From an uncultured cyanobacterium (lineage in GTDB: Bacteria > Cyanobacteriota > Cyanobacteriia > PCC-9006 > JAAUQQ01): 64,000 nt of DNA. Both the position numbers and the translations under genes were made by a program. The DNA is taken from NCBI GenBank assembly GCA_963718615.1, contig OY970368.1, positions 5,344,001 to 5,408,000 of the forward strand, written 5' to 3'. Below the pieces are notes generated by a model. That model was not told where the DNA came from and ran no database searches. It saw only the letters and a list, made by a program, of their open reading frames with translations. Positions 30,375 through 41,544 of this stretch are shown here, one piece after another (the stretch's first letter is position 1; each line of letters opens with the position of its first letter).

Positions 30375-32309
30375 TCATTCGCATTGCCGTAGAGCTAGAG
30401 TTGAACTAGAACTCGAAATGGAATACCGTAATTTGTACCAAAGCAACAGAGCTGATTTTGCTGCATCAGCGGCAGAAGAGAAGCGATCTTGGGGAAAAGG
30501 CGACATCATTTGATGAAAAAACTCACCCAAGTCAGAATCTGGGGAGGATAAGATCTCCTGCCAAAGCACCAAGCCACTGTCGAGATCAAGGGGAAGTTTG
30601 TCGGGCGATCGCCCCGTAATCGCCTGAAGTAAAATCACGCCAATTCCATATAAATCGCTCTGAAGGCTAGATTCTCCTTGGCGAGTTTCTGGAGCTTGGA
30701 ATGGCGAAGGTAGCAATTTTAATCCAAGAGCATCATGACCACAACGCTTTAGATTGAGAAGAATCCGTTGTCGAACCCCCCAATTGATCAGCATAAACTT
30801 CTGATCCTTAGAACGCTGCAAAAAATGACAAGGTTGGACATCTGTATGGGCAATTCCATTACGATGCAAAGGCACTAGCAAGCGTAATAATGTTTCAGAA
30901 AGTTTGAGTGCATCTAGCAAATTATAGGGTTCAGATCTCGCCACAAGCTCATGGGCTAGCGATAAGCCAGGAATCCATTCTCGCACACAGTAAATGTTTT
31001 GATTTGATTCAAAGGCATCTATCAAAGCCGCCGACTGATCCCCTTGGGTCAAGGGTCCTATTTGTGAGAGTTCAGCCGTCAGTGCATCCTGAATGGTCCT
31101 GCGATCTAGTTCCTGATGAATTAAATTATGCAGCGTTAGGCATTCTAAAACACGTTTGGGTTGGCCTAATGCCTGTAAGTCTTCAACTAATAAGGTTAGG
31201 CTTAAAGCATCCTTCGATAGTTCTCGGATCACTTTATAGCGGCTTTCTAACTCTGGATTATTTAAAGCACTCGGTAATTCAGCAACATCAACTGATAACA
31301 AAGAAACGCGAGTTGAAGGCTCTTCTGGCACAATTGCAGTGAATGATAACGCTTCAGTAGGCGTTTGGGTTAGCGCGAGTTGAGATTGGATTCGGGCGAT
31401 CGCGATCGGAAAATCAATCGGTTTTGTAATATAATCATTTGCCCCGAGCTGAAACGCTCTAACCACATCCTCACTTTCGGCCTTAGCCGTTGCCATAATC
31501 ACGGGCAACTGGCGAGCCGAATACTGTTTACGAATGTGAGAAAGGGTCTCAATACCATCCATATCTGGCATCATAATATCTAACAAAACCAGAGCGATTT
31601 TAGAGTCTTGCGCCAAGATCTCAAGGGCCTGAATCCCACCTCCAGCAGACAAGACCTGATAACCCTGTCGTTCTAAACGACGCCCTAACATATCTCGATT
31701 TTCTAAATTGTCATCGACGAGCAGAATACAAGTATTTCTCCCCTCTGGGAACTCTGACAAGATAGAATCATCTAATACTTTCCAACTCAATGGGTTCGCT
31801 TCTCTCGCTTTTTCAGATGACTTTAGAGGGGGTGGCGGCGGGGGCGGTTGTAAAGACTGTTTTTTGAACGTTTGAGTAATCGACTTTTCCAGATCATCTA
31901 TAGAAATATCAGCAATATTCTGAGTAAGAGATTGAGCTTTTGTAACTTCTCCTAAAAGCTGCGTCATTTTTTGAACTAAGCGAGAGAGTTCGATTGGCTT
32001 AGTATCGTATTCATCACAGCCTGCATCGAATGCTTTTTGGCGATCGCCCACCATCGCATGGGCAGTCAAAGCAATGATTGGAATCAAAGAAAGTTGGGGA
32101 TCAGATTTAAGCCGTCGCGTCGCTTCCCAACCATCCATGATAGGTAAACTCATATCCATCAGGATCAAGTCAGGCTGTTCAGTTTGAGCCATTTCAACAC
32201 CCTGTAAACCATCAACAGCTATAACGACGTCATAGCCTCGCCGCCGTAATCTTCGACTCAGCATATCGCGATTAAATTCGTTGTCTTCTACCAGCAGAAT
32301 TTTAGCCAT
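30375..32309 (-). CDS. Tandem receiver domains fused to a degenerate Ser/Thr kinase domain
   Basis: Two REC domains (ILLVEDN..DMSLP..KP and LLVDDN..DIMMP..KP); kinase-like region RYKVIREL...HTDVQP...LINWG...APE...SDLYGIG. Confidence 0.8.
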   Translation of the reverse strand: MAKILLVEDNEFNRDMLSRRLRRRGYDVVIAVDGLQGVEMAQTEQPDLILMDMSLPIMDGWEATRRLKSDPQLSLIPIIALTAHAMVGDRQKAFDAGCDEYDTKPIELSRLVQKMTQLLGEVTKAQSLTQNIADISIDDLEKSITQTFKKQSLQPPPPPPPLKSSEKAREANPLSWKVLDDSILSEFPEGRNTCILLVDDNLENRDMLGRRLERQGYQVLSAGGGIQALEILAQDSKIALVLLDIMMPDMDGIETLSHIRKQYSARQLPVIMATAKAESEDVVRAFQLGANDYITKPIDFPIAIARIQSQLALTQTPTEALSFTAIVPEEPSTRVSLLSVDVAELPSALNNPELESRYKVIRELSKDALSLTLLVEDLQALGQPKRVLECLTLHNLIHQELDRRTIQDALTAELSQIGPLTQGDQSAALIDAFESNQNIYCVREWIPGLSLAHELVARSEPYNLLDALKLSETLLRLLVPLHRNGIAHTDVQPCHFLQRSKDQKFMLINWGVRQRILLNLKRCGHDALGLKLLPSPFQAPETRQGESSLQSDLYGIGVILLQAITGRSPDKLPLDLDSGLVLWQEILSSPDSDLGEFFHQMMSPFPQDRFSSAADAAKSALLLWYKLRYSISSSSSTLALRQCE

Positions 32310-32377
32310 AATGATCGAAAACAAAGAATAAAGAACGAGACAATCTAGGATTAAAACTCAACTGATGGCAAAGAAAA

Positions 32378-32839
32378 CTAGGTAAGCTTAACCAAAATGC
32401 TGTCTCCTTCAACCTTTGTCGCATATTGAGAGAGTTTGCTTTGGGCGGGTCCTTTTGCAACGGTACCATCCGATTGAAACCGCGATCCATGACAAGCACA
32501 GAAAATATTTTTATCATTCATTTGCCAGGTTACGGAACATCCTTGATGGGTGCAGGCAGGAGAAAACGCCCTGATTTCGCTAGATATATCCACAGCCCCC
32601 ACAACTAGCACTGCATCTCCTTGAGCATTGTGATAGCGAAAACTTCCACTTTCAGCCAAATCTGCAAGCTGACCTACTACCCAAAAGCCATCGGCTCTAG
32701 GTGTGGATTTCACAGATTTAGGATTCAATTCAGAAAGATCAGATTCTTTTTTAGGCTTTAAGCAAGCACTGAGCGCAACGGGAAGAGAGCTCGCTAAGGC
32801 TGCTAGACTAATCCATTTGATAAACGTACGACGGTCCAT
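32378..32839 (-). CDS. Tat-exported (lipo)protein with Rieske 2Fe-2S domain (PetC3-like)
   Basis: MDRRTFI twin-arginine signal, LSAC lipobox, CTHQGC and CACHGS. Confidence 0.88.
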   Translation of the reverse strand: MDRRTFIKWISLAALASSLPVALSACLKPKKESDLSELNPKSVKSTPRADGFWVVGQLADLAESGSFRYHNAQGDAVLVVGAVDISSEIRAFSPACTHQGCSVTWQMNDKNIFCACHGSRFQSDGTVAKGPAQSKLSQYATKVEGDSILVKLT

Positions 32840-32841
32840 GA

Positions 32842-35598
32842 TTAAACGACTCCTTCTGCAATGTGTAGAGACAAAAACTCGTGAATTTCTTCTAGAAATT
32901 CTTGCTGGTTCAGACTTCGTTTTTGATGGATACTTTGCACCACATCTCCTAGGGCTTGGCGATCGGCCTGGGTAATATCCTTGGCCGTTAAAACAATGAC
33001 CGGAATTGAGCGCCAAGCGTCGTTTTCCCGCAGAGCTTGAATAAAACTAAAGCCATCCATTTCTGGCATCATCAGATCGAGCAAAATTAAACGAGGTTGC
33101 TGAGAGGTTTGCAAACAAGTCAGTGCTTCCCGACCATTGCCTGCGCTACGGGTCAACCATCCTTCGCGCTGAACCAAACGTTCTAGCATTTCTCGAGATT
33201 CAAGATGATCTTCTACAACCAAAATCCAGGCATCTTCATCGGCTTCAGGTCGATATTTTTCTAGCGCCGCAATGAGATGATGACGATTAAGGGGTTTAGG
33301 CAAATATTCTGACGCACCTAAACTAAAGCCCAAGGTGCTGTCTTCAAGCATGGTTAACATAATGACGGGAATTTTATACAGTTTTGGATCACTTTTGAGT
33401 GCCGCCAAGACCTCCCATCCATCCATGTTGGGCATCATGACATCCAGGACGATCGCGTCCGGACTTTGATGTTCAGCTAGACCTATGCCATCAAGACCAT
33501 TTTGAGCGCAGAAGACTTGATAGCCGATTTTGTTGAGCGATCGCTCAACCATTTCACAAGCTTCTAAATCATCATCAATCACCACAATTTTTCCACGACT
33601 GTTTTCACCGACAACGCGAGGCTTTGATGATAATTCTGGACCTGCGGCTTTCTCTTCTAATCCGAGCTGATAGGGTAGTAAAATCTTGAACGTGGTTCCG
33701 ATGCCATATTCACTATTAACTGAAACACTGCCTCCCATCGCAGTTACAAAATGTTTTGTAATCGCCAAGCCTAACCCCGTTCCACCGTACTTTCTAGTCG
33801 TTGATGAATCAGCCTGAGTAAACGCATCAAAAACTTTATTTAGCTGTTCCGGCGTCATTCCAATTCCAGTATCTGTTACATCGAACTCAATCCAGGATCC
33901 TTCATTGTTATTAATTGCAATAATCGATAGTCGAACTTCTCCGCCTTCGGTAAACTTACTCGCATTACTTAATAAATTGAATAGGCTTTGACGCAGTTTC
34001 GTTTGATCCGCATACAGGGTTTGGATCTCTGGTGGATAGTGAAGGACTAAGTTATTCAGATTTTTTTCCACTAAGGGCTGAATCGTAGAGACAACATCCT
34101 GAACTAAAGACATCAAGTCAAAAGTTTCTAAGTAGAGATCCATCCGACCAGCTTCGACCTTGGATAAGTCTAAGACATCATTGATTAGACCCAACAGATG
34201 TTTACCCGCACTTCTGATTTTGCGAATATCTGGAATAAAGTCATCTTGTCCGCTATCCGCAGCATCTTCTTCTAGAATTTCGCTATAGCCAATAATTGCG
34301 TTGAGAGGAGTGCGTAATTCATGACTCATGTTAGCTAAAAATGCACTTTTAGACTTATTGGCTTCTTCAGCCTTAGTTCTTGCCTCTTCAGCCTTCTCAC
34401 GGGCTTTGTCAATGGCTCGCATACTCGCAGAAAGCTGAGCCTCAGTTTTCTTACGGGGAGTCACATCTTGCCAAAAAACCGATAAGCCCTGTGCACTCGG
34501 ATAGAGTCGAAATTCTAACCAAACTTTTTTAGCTTCATATTGTGTCTCAAACGTAATGACGGACTGTCGCTTCATTGCTTCTTGATAGTAGCTCGAAGCT
34601 TGTAGGGCTAAATCAGCAGGAAAGACATCCCAAAAAAGTTCACCAATGAGGTTCTCTGCCTTTCTATCCAGGGTTTGTTCCGCTTGGGGGTTGATATAGG
34701 TAATTTTCCATTGACTATCCAAACCCACAAAAGCATCTGTAATACTTTCTAGTAAATTAGAAACTTGACGTTTTGAGGTTCTGAGTTGATGGACAAATAG
34801 TAATACACCTGAGCCTAGAACGAGTAAGAGCCAACTGTAGGTAAAAAATCGATAGCGGATTGCTTCTCGCACTGCTGCTTGATAGGCAATTTCGTAATCT
34901 TCAGAAAGTTGACGCAGGCTTTGAGTGCTGGGTAGAGCGAGAATGGACTGCGTGAGTTGATCAACTTGAGGTTTATTTTCTAAAATGATTTGCGCATGGG
35001 CAACCGCCAACTCAATGGGCTCGCGACTGACTGGCGCTTTATTAGGAAGTTCAAACTTGATGGTTTTAATTTTTTCTTCAATTTCTGGTACCAAACTCTC
35101 ATCGGAGGAGATGGTATAGAGCAAGATTTGATCGAGGAGGCTACTAAGTTCCTGAATGGCGATCGCATCCTGATCGGTCTTAAATTCTTGAATCAGATAG
35201 GGTAAATAGGATAGCGAATTCTTCAGCAATGAATTCTGCGCCTTAAATTCCTCTAAAAGCTTTTTCTTGTCTTCGAGAACCTGACTATTACGATTGAGTG
35301 CTGTCTGTAAATTCTGCTGAGATTTATGACTCAAGAAGGAGGGTAGCTGCTCCAGCTTCTCCTGTAAAATCAGTTCCTGATTAATTTGCTCAATCAGCGG
35401 ATCGTAGGAAGATAGCAATGCATAACGATTTTTTAGCAAATCTTGATTGGCCGTTAAGTCCCGTTCAAGTTGTTCAGAGAGTAAGCTTCGATAGGCTAAA
35501 TGCCGATTAATATCCACCGCTCGTCCCTTCAGTGCCAAACCGGCCAAGAGCAACAGGGAGCCTACGGCAGCTGCCGAAATTAAAGGTTTACGATTCAT
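32842..35598 (-). CDS. Hybrid histidine kinase: helical periplasmic sensor (DAHL-like), PAS, HisKA/HATPase, two REC domains
   Basis: [16 protein letters not shown] (DAHL-like), [45 protein letters not shown], two receivers. Confidence 0.88.
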   Translation of the reverse strand: MNRKPLISAAAVGSLLLLAGLALKGRAVDINRHLAYRSLLSEQLERDLTANQDLLKNRYALLSSYDPLIEQINQELILQEKLEQLPSFLSHKSQQNLQTALNRNSQVLEDKKKLLEEFKAQNSLLKNSLSYLPYLIQEFKTDQDAIAIQELSSLLDQILLYTISSDESLVPEIEEKIKTIKFELPNKAPVSREPIELAVAHAQIILENKPQVDQLTQSILALPSTQSLRQLSEDYEIAYQAAVREAIRYRFFTYSWLLLVLGSGVLLFVHQLRTSKRQVSNLLESITDAFVGLDSQWKITYINPQAEQTLDRKAENLIGELFWDVFPADLALQASSYYQEAMKRQSVITFETQYEAKKVWLEFRLYPSAQGLSVFWQDVTPRKKTEAQLSASMRAIDKAREKAEEARTKAEEANKSKSAFLANMSHELRTPLNAIIGYSEILEEDAADSGQDDFIPDIRKIRSAGKHLLGLINDVLDLSKVEAGRMDLYLETFDLMSLVQDVVSTIQPLVEKNLNNLVLHYPPEIQTLYADQTKLRQSLFNLLSNASKFTEGGEVRLSIIAINNNEGSWIEFDVTDTGIGMTPEQLNKVFDAFTQADSSTTRKYGGTGLGLAITKHFVTAMGGSVSVNSEYGIGTTFKILLPYQLGLEEKAAGPELSSKPRVVGENSRGKIVVIDDDLEACEMVERSLNKIGYQVFCAQNGLDGIGLAEHQSPDAIVLDVMMPNMDGWEVLAALKSDPKLYKIPVIMLTMLEDSTLGFSLGASEYLPKPLNRHHLIAALEKYRPEADEDAWILVVEDHLESREMLERLVQREGWLTRSAGNGREALTCLQTSQQPRLILLDLMMPEMDGFSFIQALRENDAWRSIPVIVLTAKDITQADRQALGDVVQSIHQKRSLNQQEFLEEIHEFLSLHIAEGVV

Positions 35599-36629
35599 GG
35601 CTGCTCTCCTTCAATATCAGCGGTTTTAATATCAGCGGTTAAGGTATTCAAAAATTGAACAATCAAATCAACATCCGCCTGGGTGGGCACACGACCCAAC
35701 TGATACTTGGCCATAATCTTGACGGCTTCATCAAGGGTTTTAGCGGTACCATCGTGAAAATAGGGTGCAGTCAAAACGACATTTCGTAGACTGGGTACCT
35801 TGAAGGCATAGCGATCGCGCTCATTCCCCGTCACGTTATAGCGACCCCAATCAGCCTCGGTAATATTGCCTCGATCTTGGAAATAGTCTCCAAATACACC
35901 AAATTTTTGAAACATGTTGCCCCCGATCGCAACACCCTGATGACAGGAAACACAGCCGAGGTCCTTAAATCGCTGATAGCCCATTTTTTCCTGAGGAGTT
36001 AAAGCATTGATATCTCCCCGTAAAAACTGATCAAATCTAGAATTTGGCGTATAGAGAGAGCGTTCAAAGTTGGCGATCGCATCCTTTACATTGGGCTCCG
36101 TAATGCCATCACCATAGGAGGCTTCAAAGGCTTGCCGATATTCATTGGACTGCTTCAGCTTGTCCAACACCTCTACCCACGTAGAGTTCATTTCATGGGC
36201 GCTGGTAATTGGTCCATCGATCTGCTCCTCTAAACTATTGGCCCGACCGTCCCAAAATTGCTTAAAGTTGAATACACAGTTCAAGACTGTCGGTGCATTG
36301 ACAAACCCTTCGGTTTTATTAATGCCAAGGGATTTGACCCGCTGGTCAACGCCTGAGGTTGATAGATAATGACAGCTTGCACAGGAAAGCGAATGATCAT
36401 GTGAAAGCTGAGGTTCATGGAAGAGCTTGTTGCCCAGTTTGACTTTGTTGGGATCTAGTTTTAGCGTTAGCGGAATCGGTTCAATGGGCTCGCCATTTAA
36501 GGATTTAGCTAAACTCATCGAATTGGCATCGAGCCCCATGGCAGGCATTACCATGCCATAGAAAATGCCTAGAACACAGCAACAGCAGAGTATGCCAATG
36601 CGCCAATAGTCTCGAAATTGATTTAACAT
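35595..36629 (-). CDS. Di-heme cytochrome c peroxidase (bCcP/MauG family)
   Basis: Signal peptide, CASCH and CVSCH heme motifs, [29 protein letters not shown]. Confidence 0.9.
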   Translation of the reverse strand: MLNQFRDYWRIGILCCCCVLGIFYGMVMPAMGLDANSMSLAKSLNGEPIEPIPLTLKLDPNKVKLGNKLFHEPQLSHDHSLSCASCHYLSTSGVDQRVKSLGINKTEGFVNAPTVLNCVFNFKQFWDGRANSLEEQIDGPITSAHEMNSTWVEVLDKLKQSNEYRQAFEASYGDGITEPNVKDAIANFERSLYTPNSRFDQFLRGDINALTPQEKMGYQRFKDLGCVSCHQGVAIGGNMFQKFGVFGDYFQDRGNITEADWGRYNVTGNERDRYAFKVPSLRNVVLTAPYFHDGTAKTLDEAVKIMAKYQLGRVPTQADVDLIVQFLNTLTADIKTADIEGEQP

Positions 36630-36792
36630 TATGCCTTAAACTCCTGCCAACCCAAAATTACCTGCGTTCAAGCAGATCCTTGGAGTAGGAGCACCTGCTT
36701 TTCCCGACGAATTCAGACGAATGCAACGGAAAAGCGACTCAATTTTCTAAACCTTTAAACAGCCGTCATGGCATTACCATAACGGTCAACTG

Positions 36793-36847
36793 ACCGACGA
36801 TTGAGACCGACGATTGGCACTGATGATTGGCACTGATGATTGGCACC
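36793..36847. repeat. 12-bp short tandem repeat
   Basis: GACCGACGATTGA GACCGACGATTG GCACTGATGATTG GCACTGATGATTG GCAC. Confidence 0.6.
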
Positions 36848-37041
36848 AACGAGCAACACCGATCTATGCCCAAATTAGCTGCGGTGTTGACTTGACCCAC
36901 TGGGGAGTCTTGACAATGTCCGGATATTGCACCACCTATCCGGGGATTGCACCAGGCGGCCCGATAGGACTACTGATCTTAGCTTTCCCGAGTCCGTAGT
37001 TTGGGTAACTTATCCCTGGACTTGGATGGATATCATCCCTG

Positions 37042-37770
37042 CTAACTTCTAAATAGCCGACTATACAATGTCTCATGGGTCATACTCGCCAAGGCCAAGC
37101 CCCATCCCCAGGCTTCTAGATCCTCATCGGGTACCTGTTGAATATGCTGCAAACTTGTCAGCAGAACCGGCTGTAAATCCCAGAGCAGTTGTTGGCCCAG
37201 GGTTTGCCCTAAAGGGATTAGTTTGACCGCAGCGGTCACAAGATTGGTTGCCCAAGTTTGTAGATAGCCCAAGAGCGCCGGTTCCGCAGTAATCTGCCAA
37301 TGGGTAGCGGTGATGCCAAAGGCGATCGCAAAATGACAGCCATCCTGCCGCAACGTTGCCAAGAGCGTTTCCGGTACCCCCAGGGGAGGCTGCATCTGGT
37401 TCACTAAGCGGAGGAGCGATCGCCCCATTTGCATGCTTTGCAGACGCAGTTCTTCGGTCTCCCGGCTGGCGCTCAGCCAATGGTTCCAGTACAATAATTG
37501 AGGCCAGTTTTCCGTGGCGCTGGCCTGTAGACTCCGCAGCATCACGACCGCTTCTAGGTAAATTGCCCCATAGGTCAGTTCCTGCTCCAACCAATGGCGC
37601 AACTGCTCGGGCGTCGTTAATTGCTGGGTCTGGACCAAGGTTTCTAGTCCTTCAGAATAGCTAAAGGCTCCCACTGGCAAGGCGGGTGAGGCCAATTGCA
37701 GCAGCCGCAGCAGCATCGTTGCGTCCGTCAGCGGCGGTGAGGAGGCGTTGAGGACGGGCTCAGTGACCAT
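37042..37770 (-). CDS. ureF: Urease accessory protein UreF
   Basis: [21 protein letters not shown]...[11 protein letters not shown]. Confidence 0.93.
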   Translation of the reverse strand: MVTEPVLNASSPPLTDATMLLRLLQLASPALPVGAFSYSEGLETLVQTQQLTTPEQLRHWLEQELTYGAIYLEAVVMLRSLQASATENWPQLLYWNHWLSASRETEELRLQSMQMGRSLLRLVNQMQPPLGVPETLLATLRQDGCHFAIAFGITATHWQITAEPALLGYLQTWATNLVTAAVKLIPLGQTLGQQLLWDLQPVLLTSLQHIQQVPDEDLEAWGWGLALASMTHETLYSRLFRS

Positions 37771-38251
37771 GGCCATAGGCTCCGGTTTCCGGGAAAAAGG
37801 GCACAATCTCTTCCACCAGGGTTAATCCCCGTTGTTCTAGCATCTGACGTAAGACCGGATCCGGTGCAAAACGGAGATAGGTTTCTGCAATTTCCACAGG
37901 CACATGACGATTGCCCAAATGATAGGCCGCTTGCATGAGGGCCAAGGGCGTGGGGGTGGTTACGGTGAGGACGGGCTCGGGCTGGGCTTCAATCGAGAGG
38001 ATGCGATCGCCCGTTTCCGTTTGCAGGCGATCGCCTGCGCGCAACACTGTCCCTCGGGGCAATTGCCAGAACAGCACCGTTCCATCGGGCATTTCGATCC
38101 GGGAACGCGACTTGGTTCGAGCTTCAGCGCTCAAGGCCAAACGCAGCCAATTCTCGGGTTTACCCAGAGCCGACAGCGGGTCTACCGCCGTCGCGGCATC
38201 CATCCAACTCGGGTCCAGCCGGCGGGTAAAGATTATTGTCAAATTTGACAT
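37760..38251 (-). CDS. ureE: Urease accessory protein UreE
   Basis: [31 protein letters not shown]. Confidence 0.93.
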   Translation of the reverse strand: MSNLTIIFTRRLDPSWMDAATAVDPLSALGKPENWLRLALSAEARTKSRSRIEMPDGTVLFWQLPRGTVLRAGDRLQTETGDRILSIEAQPEPVLTVTTPTPLALMQAAYHLGNRHVPVEIAETYLRFAPDPVLRQMLEQRGLTLVEEIVPFFPETGAYGHGH

Positions 38252-38373
38252 CACAGTTGAAGAAAACAGTTGAAGAACATTGCAAAAGGGGTGAGGCGAG
38301 AATTAATCCAAAAAATTCTTATGCATCGCACAAGTAGAATAGAATATACAGACGCCTAAACTCATAGTATTTT

Positions 38374-38416
38374 GTAGCTGTCACGACGGAGTCCCTGGAC
38401 CTTTTCCCCGTAGGGT
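38374..38416 (+). promoter_or_regulatory. Candidate NtcA-activated promoter
   Basis: GTAGCTGTCACGAC (GTN10AC) followed 23 nt later by TAGGGT (TAN3T). Confidence 0.45.
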
Positions 38417-38464
38417 GCATCCATGGTCTACCACGGTCCAGCAGTGTTTTAGAACGGGGCAACC

Positions 38465-39133
38465 ATGGCTCAAGCACTCAACATCGCGCTCGTTAGCTAT
38501 CTCAACCGGCTTCGCGGCAATCTCCGAATGCTGGAATTGGCCTTGGCCCTTCACCAAGCAGGCCACTTGCCCCAGGTTTTTGTGCTCGCTAGACCCGACG
38601 ATGATCGGTTCATCGGGCTGCCGCCTCTGCCGTTTCCAGTCCATTGGATTCCAGCCCGTCCTTGTCCCTTTGGCCTAGATGAGCTTCATCGCCAGCGGAT
38701 ACAGGAGCTCGTCGACTACCTTGCGTCCTCCCCTCAGTCCTATGATATTTACCACGCTCAAGATCTGATTAGTGCCAATGCCCTAGCAGCCCTGCGAGGC
38801 ATTGGCCATATTCCCCATTTTATCCATTCGCTCCCCTGTCTTGAAACAATGACTAGTCCCTATCTGCGGGGCTGTCAAGAACGGGCCATTTATGAGCCGG
38901 ATCTTTGCATCTGTCTCAATCGCCGGTTAAAGGAGCGGCTTAAGGTCGAGTATGGCATCAACGCTCAATGGCTGCCGCCCTTAGCCAGCATCACCGCTCG
39001 TTTGGACCAAAGCCCCGAGAGCCTCAATCGTCGCCAGCGGCGGGAGCAAGCCGCTCAGAAACATCTTATACTGTATCAACAACTGATTGAGCGAGAACAA
39101 GAAACCCTTAATCATTGGCTTCATTTTGCTTAA
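38465..39133 (+). CDS. Shortened GT4-like protein resembling the MSMEG_0565 glycosyltransferase N-domain
   Basis: LNIALVSY..RLRG..RMLELALALHQAGH, YDIYHAQDLISANAL, SPYL..CQERAI.EPD; the C-terminal nucleotide-sugar domain is missing. Confidence 0.6.
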   Translation: MAQALNIALVSYLNRLRGNLRMLELALALHQAGHLPQVFVLARPDDDRFIGLPPLPFPVHWIPARPCPFGLDELHRQRIQELVDYLASSPQSYDIYHAQDLISANALAALRGIGHIPHFIHSLPCLETMTSPYLRGCQERAIYEPDLCICLNRRLKERLKVEYGINAQWLPPLASITARLDQSPESLNRRQRREQAAQKHLILYQQLIEREQETLNHWLHFA

Positions 39134-39992
39134 CGCTAGGTTGCGCGGTTTGTTCACCCCGATAGCGTCCATACTCCCCGAGAAAGGCTAACATTCCCGA
39201 GGTCAAAATGAGTAGGACACTCAGGGCATTGATATCGGGCTTCATACCGGTTCGCACTCGACTATAGATTTCCATGGGTAGCGTATTTGCTCCATTGCCC
39301 GACGTAAAGCTGGAAATCAATAAATCATCCATGCTCAAGACAAAGGCCAGCAGACATCCCGCCCCAATTCCAGGCAAGAGTTCTGGTAAGAGGACGCTCA
39401 CGAAGGCTTGCCAGGGCGTCGCTCCCAGATCCAGGGCCGCCTCCTCTAGATGCGGGTTTAACCCCGCGAGACGAGAGGCAACGACTATGGCAATATAGGC
39501 TAAACAAAAGACGACGTGGGAAGCCACAATGGTCCAAACACTGAGCTGAATGCCAAAGTAAAGACGACCGATTGAGGCTAGAAAGATTAATGTGGCGACG
39601 GCGATCGCAATATCCGGCACAATCAACGGCAAATAAGCCGCTCCTTGATATAAAGCTTTTCCTGGAAACCGATATTTAGCAAGTCCTACCGCCATCATCG
39701 TCCCCAGCACCGCAGAAATTGCCACGGCCATGAGCGCCACCCCCACACTGGTCCCGAGGGCAATCCGAATGCGGTCATCCCCAAAAAGTTGCTGATACCA
39801 GCGCAGACTAAAACCCTCCCAAACAGAAGTATAGCGGGACGCGTTAAAGCTGTAAAATCCCAGAACTGCGATAGGAAAATACATAAACAAAAATAACAAC
39901 AGGGTTAAAACCCCAGGCCAGTTCCGTAAAACATTCCGAAGATAGACCCACCGTACGACAGACCGTACGACAGACCGTACAACCGTTGGCAT
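39108..39992 (-). CDS. Spermidine/putrescine-type ABC permease (PotC-like)
   Basis: YSFN, FSLRWY, LEEAALDLGA, LSMDD, TLPMEIYS. Confidence 0.85.
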   Translation of the reverse strand: MPTVVRSVVRSVVRWVYLRNVLRNWPGVLTLLLFLFMYFPIAVLGFYSFNASRYTSVWEGFSLRWYQQLFGDDRIRIALGTSVGVALMAVAISAVLGTMMAVGLAKYRFPGKALYQGAAYLPLIVPDIAIAVATLIFLASIGRLYFGIQLSVWTIVASHVVFCLAYIAIVVASRLAGLNPHLEEAALDLGATPWQAFVSVLLPELLPGIGAGCLLAFVLSMDDLLISSFTSGNGANTLPMEIYSRVRTGMKPDINALSVLLILTSGMLAFLGEYGRYRGEQTAQPSVKQNEAND

Positions 39993-40193
39993 CCACAATG
40001 CTCCTCACACCAAAGGGGGCTTTCACCGCCTCGACAGCGATATAGCACTCGCATTGTATACAATCATTTGCCCCGGCATTTACCCTGATGAATTAATAGT
40101 CCGATTAATGGCTCGATTAATTAAGTTTGTTCTCAAGACTAAGCAGTCCAAGCCTTATATGTTTAAATCATTTCTAGGGTTTAAGGGTCGTCT

Positions 40194-40235
40194 GTTTCAA
40201 GAGATACGTTTTTTTAAAAATTTGTCACCTATGCT
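40194..40235 (+). promoter_or_regulatory. Candidate NtcA class II promoter for the ABC operon
   Basis: GTTTCAAGAGATAC (GTN10AC), exactly 22 nt, then TATGCT (-10 box TAN3T). Confidence 0.65.
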
Positions 40236-40309
40236 AATGGGCGATTCCAGGCTGCATCATTCGACTCAATCGTTCCTGTTCTTCTAGTGTTCTTGTCTTC
40301 TAGGCCAGT

Positions 40310-41485
40310 TTGCCAAATCTCGTGAGCCTATCCTCTGCCAACTCGACCCCAACCTTAATCAATCACCCCCTACCCGTCAGTGGGGTTAGCTTGCGTCAGG
40401 TCACGAAACGTTATGCTGCCTTTATGGCGGTTGAGCAGATCAATCTAGAGATTGAACCCGGTTCCTACACTTGTTTACTCGGCCCCAGCGGTTGCGGAAA
40501 AACAACCACATTGCGCATGATTGCCGGTCATGAAGCGATTACCTCCGGTGAAATTTGGATTGGGGAGGAGCGGGTAAACGAAATTCCGGCAGCCAAGCGC
40601 AATACGGCGATGGTGTTTCAGAATTATGCCCTCTTTCCCCACAAAACCGTATGGGACAACATTGGCTTTGGGTTAAAAATGCGTGGCGTTCCTCCCTCAG
40701 AACAGCGACAACGCATTGCCGAGATTCTTAGTCTCGTCGATTTGGAAGAATTTGCTAAGCGCAAGCCCGCCCAACTTAGCGGCGGTCAACAGCAGCGGGT
40801 CGCCTTAGCTCGGGCGCTTGTCACTCGGCCCCAGGTGATTTTGCTCGATGAGCCTCTCAGTGCTTTAGATGAGTCGCTCCGAGTCAGAACAAGACTGGAG
40901 TTACGTAAGCTGCAAAAACAATTTGGCATGACGTTTATTCAAGTGACCCATGCCCAGGATGAAGCTTTTTCGCTCTCGGATAAAGTGGTGGTGATGGATC
41001 GAGGGCGCATCGATCAAATTGGCACGCCAACGCAAATTTTTAATCGGCCCGCTTCGCGTTTTGTGGCGCGTTTTGTCGGTGACAATAACATTCTTCATGG
41101 CACGGTCGTGGGTGCCACGGCAACGGGAGAGCTCGAAGAAATCGAGTTGGCTGTCGAAGGTTTAGGCTCAATCCTTTGCCAGGGTCACAGCGTTCCGATA
41201 GGGCAGGCGGGGGCTTGTTGTATTCGGGGCGATCGCCTCCATTTACTCCCTCGCTCTACCAGCGATGCTTCCCCTAGCTCATTCTTTGCCAATCAGATTA
41301 TGGCAAGGGTCAGCGCCGTTGAGTTTACTGGTTTTGTTAGTCGAATATCATTACTCATTGAACGAGATGGCCGTGAATTTCTCTTTAAGATTCGAACCGA
41401 TGATTGGATTCATTCAGGTTATCAAGAAGGTCAGACTGTTGCGCTAGGCTGGACCGCTGAGGATTGCATTTTCTTGCCTCACTAA
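40310..41485 (+). CDS. ABC transporter ATPase (PotA-like)
   Basis: GPSGCGKT, LSGGQQQR, LLDEP, C-terminal TOBE-like region. Confidence 0.92.
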   Translation: MPNLVSLSSANSTPTLINHPLPVSGVSLRQVTKRYAAFMAVEQINLEIEPGSYTCLLGPSGCGKTTTLRMIAGHEAITSGEIWIGEERVNEIPAAKRNTAMVFQNYALFPHKTVWDNIGFGLKMRGVPPSEQRQRIAEILSLVDLEEFAKRKPAQLSGGQQQRVALARALVTRPQVILLDEPLSALDESLRVRTRLELRKLQKQFGMTFIQVTHAQDEAFSLSDKVVVMDRGRIDQIGTPTQIFNRPASRFVARFVGDNNILHGTVVGATATGELEEIELAVEGLGSILCQGHSVPIGQAGACCIRGDRLHLLPRSTSDASPSSFFANQIMARVSAVEFTGFVSRISLLIERDGREFLFKIRTDDWIHSGYQEGQTVALGWTAEDCIFLPH

Positions 41486-41544
41486 CTGGCCTATCCCATT
41501 GGCCTAACTTCAATGCTTCATTATTCAGGTTTTCAGGAGTGACC

